Shown here piece by piece: positions 1 to 7,970 of a DNA stretch of 21,131 nucleotides. Origin of the DNA: Candidatus Micrarchaeia archaeon (GTDB lineage: Archaea; Micrarchaeota; Micrarchaeia; Anstonellales; J096); assembly GCA_041500405.1 (NCBI GenBank), contig JBGQMB010000017.1, positions 1-21,131 of the forward strand, given 5' to 3'. Made by a program: the position numbers and the translations under genes. Every line of letters begins with the position of its first letter. Position 1 is the first letter of the stretch. The notes beneath the pieces are model-generated. The model saw only the letters and a program-made list of their open reading frames with translations, did not search any database and was not told the DNA's origin.

Positions 1-1
1 A

Positions 2-480
2 ACCAACTACACCGGCGGCAACGCAATAGAGGTCGCTGCAGGAAGCCAGCATGCATGCTACCTGCTCAGCAACGGCTCATCCAAATGCTACGGCAGGAAC
101 GACAACAACCAGTCAATCAGTTATGCAGGCGGCAATGCCATAGCCGTTTCGGCAGGCAACTATTACACTTGCTACCTGCTCAGCAACGGCAACTCCACCT
201 GCTACGGCGACTATATTAGCGGATTTTTCACATACCTTATAATGCCGAACTACACAGGCGGCGATGCAATCGCGGTCGCGGCAGGCAGCAACCAGGTGTG
301 CTACCTGCTTGCCAACGGCACCTCAAGGTGCTATGGCCTTAATGGCGCAGGCGAGGCAACCAACTACAATGGCGGAGACGCAATAGCCGTTTCCGGAGGA
401 AATGCCCGCACCTGCTACCTTCTCACAAGCGGCAACTCCACATGCTACGGCTACAATTATTCCGGAAGCATCAGGCCATA
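2..480 (+). repeat. Intragenic tandem RCC1-like repeats, about 114 nt (38 aa) period
   Basis: tgctacct cores at 56, 170, 299 and 413 (spacings 114, 129, 114). The 21-mer tgctacctgctcagcaacggc is exact at 56-76 and 170-190. Confidence 0.85.
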
Positions 481-2419
481 CACAAGGGGGGACATAAGAA
501 TACCGTTCCAGGCTTCCGACGCCCCGCTCGGCATCAGCAACGCCGGAAACGAAACGCAGGCTGCCGTGATATCTTATAGGGTTGCGGACGGCAACTACAC
601 ATACAGCGTGAACTGCTCCGACCTGGCTGGAAACACGAACGCAACGGAACAGAGGAGCATCGTCATAGACACAACAAACCCTGCAATAGCCTTTGCGAGA
701 CCGACGGACAACAACACTATATTCTACACAAGGACGAACATCATCGAAAACGCGTCTGCAAGCGACGCGAATTTCGCCAACCTGACAATATACCTTTACA
801 ACTCAACCGGCTTGGTGAATTACTCTGTCTCAACCTCAGGCCGCGCGTTCGCCAACTACACCAACCTTTCGGACGGCGTTTACTACATCAACGCAACCGC
901 GTACGACACGGCCGGAAACAGCAACACAACCGAAAGGAGGAACATAAACATAACGTACGACAGGACTGCGCCAAGGCTGTTCTTCATTTCAGTCACTGAC
1001 AACTCCAGCGTCACAAAGAGCGTGAAATACATAAACGCCAACGTTTCCGCGATTGACAACCAGTCTGGATTAGCAAATGTTTCGCTGCGCCTTTACGGCT
1101 CCGGAGGCCTGATAACATCTACGTCGTCAAACGAAAGCCCATTGTCAGGCACGTTCTCAAGGCTGCTCAACGGCGTTTACAGGATAAACGCGACCGCAAC
1201 CGACGTCAACGGCAACCTCAACAGGACCGAGACAAGGAACATCACCATAAACAGGAACCTTACGGCGTATATAGTCCTGCCGTCCCCAGGAGGCCTATAC
1301 TCCACAAAGACAACTACGCTCAATTATATCATCGGCGGCTTTATTGCGCCAACATCCTGCTGGTACACCCTGGACAGCGGCACATCCAGGACAGCGGTCC
1401 AGTGCTCGAACGCCTCAACATCCATAGCCTTTGACTCAGAGGGCGAGCACTGCGTCTACCTGCACGCGAACGGGACAGGCGTCTATGACAACGACACGTC
1501 ATGCTTCAACATTTCAACATCCCGCGTTTCGGCCGCGGGCGGCGCAATCCTGGACACAATGGAGATATCGTCATCAGTCTCCTGCGTCCGCCACAGCGTT
1601 GGCGAGATAACGGTGCTTGTCAAGGACAGCGCAGGCGCCGCTGTTTCAGGCGCGTCTGTTTCCATCTTAGGCACGTTCGGCACGACAGACTCTGCCGGCA
1701 AGGCAAAGCTCAGGATGGCAGACGGCGAATATACTGTAGTTGCACAGGCATCAGGACACTATTCAACAAGCGCATCCGTCGAGGTTTCGTGCGAATCATT
1801 CCACACGCTTGATGTTCTTCCGTCTGTTTCGTGCGGCAAAACCGCAGCAGAAGGCGCCACTGTTTCAACATCCGTGATTTACGATGACGCTCCGGCAAGC
1901 GGTGCAGGCGTCGCCTTTACAGGCACTTCGGAATCAGGCGCATCCGTCTCGCGTTCGGAGCAAACCAAGAAAGACGGAAAAGCGAAATTCAACGCGGTGG
2001 AGAACGGCGCATATTCCGTATCCTCCTCATTCCAGTCGCTTGACAGCTTAGCCGACTTTGACGTGTCATGCCATTACGCCCTGCCAACCGTCTCCAATGA
2101 GACAGGCGAGGAGACCGGCGGCGAGCAGCCTGGCACAGGACCAGCCGGCAATGCATCAGGCAACGGCACAGGCCCAACCAACAAGACGGAGCCTACACCA
2201 ACCGCAACCGCCAATGCCACTACAGGCCTGACAATAGAGGACATTGTGGGAGGCACGGCCAATGCCACAAGGGACATCGTGGGGGGCATGATAATATTCG
2301 TAACATCGTCTAAAACAGCTCCAATCGCAGTGGCGATACTTGTCGTTGCCGCCGTGCTGGGCTATGCCCTGGCCTTCAAGCCAGGCCTTCTGCCGTTCAT
2401 GCGGAAAAAGGAGAAATGA
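2..2419 (+). CDS. Large membrane-anchored surface glycoprotein (RCC1-like repeats, Ig-like domains, Thr/Pro/Gly linker, C-terminal TM helix); 5' end lies outside the window
   Basis: The frame of ORF 242..2419 is open from base 2 (TNYTGGNAIEVAAGSQHACYLLSNGSSKCYG...). It has four RCC1-like units (AIAVxAGxxxxCYLLxNGxxxCYG), three Ig-like units ending in (D/N)GxYxxxxxxxDxxGNxNxTExRxI, and carboxypeptidase-regulatory-like segments (VLVKDSAGAAVSGASV...GTTDSAGKA). It also has many N-x-S/T sequons, a hydrophobic helix IAVAILVVAAVLGYALAF and a basic tail RKKEK. Confidence 0.8.
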   Translation, partial: TNYTGGNAIEVAAGSQHACYLLSNGSSKCYGRNDNNQSISYAGGNAIAVSAGNYYTCYLLSNGNSTCYGDYISGFFTYLIMPNYTGGDAIAVAAGSNQVCYLLANGTSRCYGLNGAGEATNYNGGDAIAVSGGNARTCYLLTSGNSTCYGYNYSGSIRPYTRGDIRIPFQASDAPLGISNAGNETQAAVISYRVADGNYTYSVNCSDLAGNTNATEQRSIVIDTTNPAIAFARPTDNNTIFYTRTNIIENASASDANFANLTIYLYNSTGLVNYSVSTSGRAFANYTNLSDGVYYINATAYDTAGNSNTTERRNINITYDRTAPRLFFISVTDNSSVTKSVKYINANVSAIDNQSGLANVSLRLYGSGGLITSTSSNESPLSGTFSRLLNGVYRINATATDVNGNLNRTETRNITINRNLTAYIVLPSPGGLYSTKTTTLNYIIGGFIAPTSCWYTLDSGTSRTAVQCSNASTSIAFDSEGEHCVYLHANGTGVYDNDTSCFNISTSRVSAAGGAILDTMEISSSVSCVRHSVGEITVLVKDSAGAAVSGASVSILGTFGTTDSAGKAKLRMADGEYTVVAQASGHYSTSASVEVSCESFHTLDVLPSVSCGKTAAEGATVSTSVIYDDAPASGAGVAFTGTSESGASVSRSEQTKKDGKAKFNAVENGAYSVSSSFQSLDSLADFDVSCHYALPTVSNETGEETGGEQPGTGPAGNASGNGTGPTNKTEPTPTATANATTGLTIEDIVGGTANATRDIVGGMIIFVTSSKTAPIAVAILVVAAVLGYALAFKPGLLPFMRKKEK

Positions 2420-2502
2420 TGGCGCGCCAATTGCCTTTTTGGGCGCGATTCACCCCCTAAAAACAGGAATGGCCGGCTTCAGGGGTTTCCGCCGCTTGAG
2501 CC

Positions 2503-2510
2503 TATTTAAA
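2503..2510 (+). promoter_or_regulatory. Putative archaeal TATA box for the SelB-like/peptidase operon
   Basis: TATTTAAA ending 23 nt before the ATG at 2533, consistent with a leaderless or short-leader transcript. Confidence 0.5.
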
Positions 2511-2532
2511 TTTTGCCATCTTAACCAACAAT

Positions 2533-3408
2533 ATGCCGTGCATAGTTGGATACGCTGGCGATGCGGAGCACCTCAAGCATTTCGGGAAAAAGGAGGAGCG
2601 CAGGGGCATCCATGTCTACAGCCTGAAGGAGGATTCCAAGTACCTTACGGTCCTTAGCCCATTTGACTGGCACAACAGGCCCGAGACGCTTGCGCAGGTT
2701 TTCTCAACAGCGGACATAATCGTCATAGCGGCCAGCGGCAACATGCAGGAGATGGCCAATATAGTCATAGCCGCGCACCTTTCAGGCAAAAGGGGATTCA
2801 TACTCGGCGAGGCCTCGATAATAGAGCAAATAACAAAAGGAACCATTGTGGAGAAATATGAGCCGGTTTCAGACCCGCTTGAGCTTAGGGAAAAGCTTCT
2901 TGCAATTGAAAGCAACGCCGACTCAAGGACGCTTGCGCTTGTTGATGATGTCTTCAAGGTCAAGGGCATAGGCGTTGTTGCCCTGGGCTTCGTGATTTCC
3001 GGCTCGCTCAAAAGGCACCAAACGCTAAAGTCCCCGCAAAAGGGGCTCTTGGTCGAGATAAAGAGCCTGCAGCTGCATGACGAGGACGTTGCGGAAATCG
3101 GCGCAGGCAACAGGTTCGGCGCATCGCTGAAGAACGTTGACGAGACGCAGATAGACAGGGGAGACTATCTCTGCGACTATGACATGGCCACGGGAACAAA
3201 GGTTTCCGGCATAAGCACGCTCCATTTCCTTGAAAAAAGGCTTTCGGACGGCACGCAATACATGGCTGTGCAGTCCATGCAGGACTCGCCGTTCATACTC
3301 GGCCAGAACCTCACCTCAAAGCCGTTCGCGTCAAGGGGCGAGAAGGCGCTGATTGTCGACAAGTCAAAGGAGCCGTTCATAATAGCCAGCGCAGAGGTAG
3401 GCAAATGA
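2533..3408 (+). CDS. SelB/EF-Tu-like protein with degenerate G-domain (aSelBL-like)
   Basis: EF-Tu/SelB domain II motifs: VDDVFKVKGIGVVALGFVISG, VEIKSLQLHD, GNRFGASLKNV, IDRGD. The N-terminus lacks GxxxxGK(S/T), DxxG and NKxD. Confidence 0.8.
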   Translation: MPCIVGYAGDAEHLKHFGKKEERRGIHVYSLKEDSKYLTVLSPFDWHNRPETLAQVFSTADIIVIAASGNMQEMANIVIAAHLSGKRGFILGEASIIEQITKGTIVEKYEPVSDPLELREKLLAIESNADSRTLALVDDVFKVKGIGVVALGFVISGSLKRHQTLKSPQKGLLVEIKSLQLHDEDVAEIGAGNRFGASLKNVDETQIDRGDYLCDYDMATGTKVSGISTLHFLEKRLSDGTQYMAVQSMQDSPFILGQNLTSKPFASRGEKALIVDKSKEPFIIASAEVGK

Positions 3409-4352
3409 TAACGCTGACAAGCAGGGGCGATTCTTTCAGCGCGAATTTTTTCCATAACACGGGATTTGACATCGACCATGCCATATTTCTGCAGGAAGGA
3501 AAATCAGCCAAGCTGTTTGTGTCAAAGATGAACCTTGATTATGCCAGGCGCTTCGGGAAGGGCGCAATGCCGCTTGACATGAAGGCGCTTGGAAGGCTCA
3601 TCAAGGGCAAGCCGGTCGGCATGAGCTTCAGGGCAGAGAGCGCGTCCTTCCTTGATTTTGTGCGAAAACACGCAAAAAAGGCCGTTGACATGGGCGACGA
3701 GCTGCTAAAGGAACGCTCAATAAAGACAGAAACGGAGATATCATGCATAAGGAAAGCGGCAAGGAAGTCGCTTGAGATAATAATGGGCATAGACTATGCA
3801 AAAGGAAAGACGGAGCTGCAGATAGCCAAGGAGCTTAAGATGGCCGCCTTGGAGCAGGGCTTTGAGCTTGCATATGAGCCGATTGTCGCAACAGGAATCA
3901 ATTCGTCCTTTCCGCACAGCGTTCCGACCGGATTGAGGCTAAAGGGGCACGTGCTTGTTGATTTTGGCGTGAAAGTAGGCAACTACTGCGGGGACATAAG
4001 CGAAACAATCATCCTTGACAAAAAAGGCAGGGCCGCGCCCATTTACGAAAAGGCGAAAGACGCGTTCTTCATGGTTGCAGACGGATTGGACGGCGCGGAA
4101 ACAGGGAATGACGTTTACCTGCTTTACAGGAAGGCGTTCAAGAGGCTCGGCCTTCCGAAGATGCCGCATGCGATAGGCCATGGCATAGGGCTTGAGGTGC
4201 ATGAGTTTCCCCTGCTCAAAAAAGGCTCCGTGAACCAGATAAGGGGAACAACGTTCGCAATGGAGCCGGCCATTTATGCGAAGAATAAGTTTGGCGTCAG
4301 GTTTGAGCGCGATATCCTTGTCAAAAAGAGCGGAAAAGTGGAAATTTTCTGA
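3405..4352 (+). CDS. M24 family Xaa-Pro amino/dipeptidase
   Basis: Metal ligands in VDFG, YCGDISET, HAIGHGIGLEVHE, MEP and RFERD. ATGA start/stop overlap with the upstream gene. Confidence 0.9.
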   Translation: MITLTSRGDSFSANFFHNTGFDIDHAIFLQEGKSAKLFVSKMNLDYARRFGKGAMPLDMKALGRLIKGKPVGMSFRAESASFLDFVRKHAKKAVDMGDELLKERSIKTETEISCIRKAARKSLEIIMGIDYAKGKTELQIAKELKMAALEQGFELAYEPIVATGINSSFPHSVPTGLRLKGHVLVDFGVKVGNYCGDISETIILDKKGRAAPIYEKAKDAFFMVADGLDGAETGNDVYLLYRKAFKRLGLPKMPHAIGHGIGLEVHEFPLLKKGSVNQIRGTTFAMEPAIYAKNKFGVRFERDILVKKSGKVEIF

Positions 4353-4357
4353 TAACG

Positions 4358-4393
4358 TTTATAAACAAAGCGTCAGAAAGCAAAATAAGGTGA
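4358..4393 (+). promoter_or_regulatory. Putative TATA box (TTTATAAA) and GGTGA ribosome-binding site for the 4401 gene
   Basis: tttataaa at 4358-4365; ggtga at 4389-4393, 7 nt before the ATG at 4401. Confidence 0.55.
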
Positions 4394-4400
4394 AACCAAT

Positions 4401-4724
4401 ATGGCAAATGCAAATCCTCAGCCAGCTGCTGAGAAAAAGGATCCTGGAATTGCAGCATTAATAAGCCTTGTATGCATGCTTTTCCTGAGCGCTCCTTCGG
4501 CGGGATACATGTATCTTGGGAATGTCAGGAAGGGCATCGTGTACCTTATTGCAACATGGTGTGTGATAGCAATAACGACTGTTGTCTACATGCTTTTGGC
4601 AATGACTGTTGTGGGTGCAATATGCTTCCCGATATACATAATTCCACTTGCCTTTGATCTGTACATCGTCTGGGACGTGTACTGCATAGCAAAGGGAGAA
4701 AAGTCGAAGCTTCCGGACTTCTGA
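4401..4724 (+). CDS. Small membrane protein, TM2-domain-like
   Basis: KKDPGIAALISL...SAGYMYLGNVRKGIVYL resembles the TM2 pattern KxxxxAxxLS...GxxxxYLGxxxxG, followed by hydrophobic helices and a WDVY motif. It has its own TATA box and RBS. Confidence 0.75.
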   Translation: MANANPQPAAEKKDPGIAALISLVCMLFLSAPSAGYMYLGNVRKGIVYLIATWCVIAITTVVYMLLAMTVVGAICFPIYIIPLAFDLYIVWDVYCIAKGEKSKLPDF

Positions 4725-4757
4725 GTTCCGGAAAACTTTTTCTTTTATTTTCTTTTT
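4711..4757 (+). terminator. Putative terminator (inverted repeat plus T-tract) between convergent genes
   Basis: ttccgga (4711-4717) and tccggaa (4727-4733) are inverted, followed by tttttcttttattttcttttt. Confidence 0.5.
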
Positions 4758-4767
4758 ACCTTAATAT

Positions 4768-7700
4768 CTATACATCCAGTTCCTTCACTTCCAGCGCATG
4801 CTCCTCGATGTACTTGCGCCTGGGCTCGACTTCCTCGCCCATCAGGATGTTGAACAGCGTGTCCGCATAGGCCGCGTCCTGTATGCTGACTTTCTTCAGC
4901 TTCCTTGTCGCGGGGTCCATGGTCGTTCCCCATAGCTGGTCCGGGTTCATCTCCCCAAGGCCCTTGTACCTCTGCACGTCCGTTCCCTCGCCCATCCCCT
5001 TGAGCACCCTGTCCTTTTCCTCGTCGGTATATGCATAGGCCTCTGTCCTGCCCTTCTTCAATTTGAACAAAGGAGGCATGGCGACGTAAATGTATCCGCC
5101 ATCCAGCAAAGGCCTGAAATACCTGAAAAACAGCGTAAGCAAAAGCGTCATGATGTGGCTTCCGTCCACGTCCGCGTCCGTCATTATGATTATCTTGTGG
5201 TACCTCAATTTATTAACGTCAAAGTCATCGCTGAATCCAGTCCCCAGCGCAAGTATTATGTTCCTGATCTCCACGTTGTTCAATAGCTTCTGGAGAGTCG
5301 CCTTCTCTATGTTGAGTATCTTTCCCTTGAGCGGCAGGATTGCCTGGAACTCCCTGTCCCTGCCCTGCTTTGCCGAATTATGAACAAAAATTCCAGATGC
5401 TAGCGCAAAATTATGCGTTCCTTCAACCTCCAGGTCATAAACATCCGTCTTTTCATCCAATTTCTCGATGCTCACTGCCTTATGGTTGAAATTCTTGACA
5501 GCTTCCAGCATTGCATCCTCATCATTGTCAAAGAACCTTTCAGTGAATGTTTCCTTTCTGAGCAAATTCCTGTTTCCAGACTTTACTCTTTCCTTGTCAT
5601 ATGTTTCAAGGCTGCCGTGTTTTTCCAGTATCTGCTTCATGAATCCTATCGTGGCATTGAAATATGTCCTGTCGTAGGCACGTTTCCTCTTTTTTCTGAA
5701 CTCTGCAGTCCATTGCTCCTTGGTCTTGCCGCTTCTCCATTCCTTTAATTTGGGATCTTCCCATTGCTTCTTCGACAATTCGCTTAATATATATCTGGCT
5801 TCAGGATGTTCTTCAAAGTATTTTAAGACTACCCCGGATTGGAGCTTTCTGTTTTCTTCCTTGGACCAGTAGTCCTTTTGCGCTTTGTCAAGCCTTTTGA
5901 TGGCCTCTTCCCTGTATTTTGCATTGTTCTCATAGAAATTTATGAATTTTTTGACCATATATTCCTTGTATTCTTGGCTATCCCATTGCTTTTTTGCCCT
6001 TTCTGAAAGCATTTTCCTCATTTCAGAAGTGGACATTATTCTGGAAATATTTTCCCTATACTCCGGATTCTTGTGTGCTTCCCTTGCTTTCTGTTTTACA
6101 TCTTCCCTAAGTAGAGTCTTCTCAACTATCTTTGCATGCAGGCCAAGATGGGCTTCCTTTGACAGCCTTATGATGTTTCCAGGGCTGTTGTTTAGCTTGT
6201 TGAAATCAACATGGTGCTTATGCGCCCCAGAAATGATTTCATATTCTTCATTATTGGCATTGTACCTGTCTGCAAGGACATGGGTGAATATCCACTTGCC
6301 CTTTTTTTGGTCATAAACCATTTCATATCCTTTTATTGTTATCCTTCCCCCTATTTCTGACAGTTTCCTGTTCAATGGCATAATGCTTATGCCGTTATTC
6401 AGGCTGTCTGCCCTTGCATATGAGCAATCCCTTAGCATGAATTTATGGTCAGGCGTGCAGACTATGCTTTCGCCATTGTCAAGCGTTATTTTCATGACTT
6501 CTGCATTTGTTCTTGTCTTTCTTGGATTTTTTATCCGGCCAATGCCAACAGCCCCGTCAGCATCGATTGTGTAGCAATAGTTTGCCTTTCCCTTTTTGTC
6601 CTCTTCCACAAGTTCCCTGAAGCTGAGGTTTCTCCCATCCACCAGCGCCACTTTCGTATCTCCGTCAAAACATCCGCCTGCCGACTCGCCCTCCACTATG
6701 AACATCTCGGCCTCTTCCGCCTTCTTTGTTGAGCAGTCTGCCAGCTTTCCTGGCAAGACAGACGTCTCAAACACGCTTTTCCTCCTTACAAGGTCCTTTG
6801 CCTTCCTTGCGGCCTCCCTCGCCTCCATGGCCGAGACCGCCTTTTGCGCGATTTTCTTTCCCTCATCAGGGTGCATCTCCATCCATTCCTTGAGGATGTC
6901 ATACACTATGCTGTCCACGATGCCCTTTATCTCGTTGTTGCCGAGCTTGGTCTTTGTCTGGCCCTCGAACTGGGGCGATGGAAGCCTAACATGTATTATT
7001 GCGGTCAATCCCTCCCTTATGTCGTCCCCTGAAATCTTTTCCTCGCCCTTGAGCAGGTTGAACCTTTTCACGAAGTCGTTTATCGCCCTTGTCAGCGCGG
7101 ACCTGAACCCGACAAGGTGAGTCCCGCCCTCCTCGTTCTTTATGCTGTTTGCGAAAGCGTAAAGGTTCTCGGAGTAGGAATTGACATACTGGATCGCGAA
7201 ATCCACCTGGACCTTCCCTTCTGCCCTGCTTCCGGTGATAACCGGCGATATTGCCGGCTTGTCCTTGTCAATGGCCCCGACAAAGTCCGCAAGGCCATTT
7301 TCAGAGTAGAATGTCTCCTCCTTTTTCGCGTTTTCGTCAATGAAAATTATCTTGACCTTGGGGTTGAGGAACGCCTCATCCCTGAGGCGCGTTGAAATGC
7401 TGCCTGTGTCAAACGCCTGCTCCCCGAAAATCTGCTGATCCGGCTTGAACCGCACAGCGGTCCCTTGTATGCTGCTGGTGCCGATGACCTTTACGTCCTG
7501 GGACGGGACGCCCCTCTCATACCTTTGCATGTGGACCTTTCCCTGCCTGTGCACCTCCACGGTCATCCATTCGCTCAGCGCGTTGACTACGCTGATGCCG
7601 ACGCCGTGCAGGCCGCCGCTCACCTTGTAGCTGGAGTCGTCGAATTTTCCGCCGGCGTGCAGTATCGTGGTAACAACCTCGAGCGCGCTTTTGCCCGTAT

Positions 7701-7959
7701 CCGGATGGATGTCAACAGGTATTCCCCTGCCATTGTCCACTATCTCGGCCGAGCCGTCAGCCTTCAGCATCACTTTTATCTCTGTGCAGTATCCGGCAAG
7801 CGCCTCGTCTATGGAGTTGTCCAGCACCTCATACAAAAGATGGTGGTATCCCCTTGCATAAGTGTCGCCTATGTACATTGCGGGCCTTTTCCTGACTGCC
7901 TCAAGCCCTTCCAGTATCTTGATGGATGAAGCAGTGTATTCTCCCTTGTCATCTGCCAT
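4768..7959 (-). CDS. gyrB: DNA gyrase subunit B precursor containing an intein (631-aa extein plus 432-aa intein)
   Basis: LEGLEAVRKRPAMYIG, EVLDNSIDEA, DNGRGIP, HAGGKFD, GGLHGVG, FEGQTK, the TOPRIM motif EGESAGG/SAKQGRDR, PLKGKILN, MTDADVDGSHI and QRYKGLGEMNP. Confidence 0.97.
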   Translation of the reverse strand: MADDKGEYTASSIKILEGLEAVRKRPAMYIGDTYARGYHHLLYEVLDNSIDEALAGYCTEIKVMLKADGSAEIVDNGRGIPVDIHPDTGKSALEVVTTILHAGGKFDDSSYKVSGGLHGVGISVVNALSEWMTVEVHRQGKVHMQRYERGVPSQDVKVIGTSSIQGTAVRFKPDQQIFGEQAFDTGSISTRLRDEAFLNPKVKIIFIDENAKKEETFYSENGLADFVGAIDKDKPAISPVITGSRAEGKVQVDFAIQYVNSYSENLYAFANSIKNEEGGTHLVGFRSALTRAINDFVKRFNLLKGEEKISGDDIREGLTAIIHVRLPSPQFEGQTKTKLGNNEIKGIVDSIVYDILKEWMEMHPDEGKKIAQKAVSAMEAREAARKAKDLVRRKSVFETSVLPGKLADCSTKKAEEAEMFIVEGESAGGCFDGDTKVALVDGRNLSFRELVEEDKKGKANYCYTIDADGAVGIGRIKNPRKTRTNAEVMKITLDNGESIVCTPDHKFMLRDCSYARADSLNNGISIMPLNRKLSEIGGRITIKGYEMVYDQKKGKWIFTHVLADRYNANNEEYEIISGAHKHHVDFNKLNNSPGNIIRLSKEAHLGLHAKIVEKTLLREDVKQKAREAHKNPEYRENISRIMSTSEMRKMLSERAKKQWDSQEYKEYMVKKFINFYENNAKYREEAIKRLDKAQKDYWSKEENRKLQSGVVLKYFEEHPEARYILSELSKKQWEDPKLKEWRSGKTKEQWTAEFRKKRKRAYDRTYFNATIGFMKQILEKHGSLETYDKERVKSGNRNLLRKETFTERFFDNDEDAMLEAVKNFNHKAVSIEKLDEKTDVYDLEVEGTHNFALASGIFVHNSAKQGRDREFQAILPLKGKILNIEKATLQKLLNNVEIRNIILALGTGFSDDFDVNKLRYHKIIIMTDADVDGSHIMTLLLTLFFRYFRPLLDGGYIYVAMPPLFKLKKGRTEAYAYTDEEKDRVLKGMGEGTDVQRYKGLGEMNPDQLWGTTMDPATRKLKKVSIQDAAYADTLFNILMGEEVEPRRKYIEEHALEVKELDV
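5377..6672 (-). mobile_element. Intein with HNH-type homing endonuclease, inserted in the GyrB TOPRIM motif
   Basis: It starts CFDGDTKV (Cys codon at 6672-6670), has block B CTPDHKF and block F VYDLEVEGTHNF, and ends IFVHN before a +1 Ser. Internal HHVDFNKLNNSPGN is an HNH motif. The DNA is visibly more AT-rich than the flanking extein. Confidence 0.95.
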
Positions 7960-7970
7960 TGCCCTGCACC

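Noticed and set aside
2..480. Periodic repeats as a CRISPR array
   Set aside because: The repeats are in-frame, degenerate protein repeats with a period of about 114 nt, and no cas genes are present.
2..1300. AAC-rich repeats as a diversity-generating retroelement template or variable region
   Set aside because: There is no reverse transcriptase in the window and no repeat pair differing only at adenines. The AAC codons are explained by Asn in glycosylation sequons.
2533..3408. True SelB / selenocysteine system
   Set aside because: No GTPase motifs, too short, and no tRNA-Sec, SelD or in-frame TGA selenoprotein is evident in the window.
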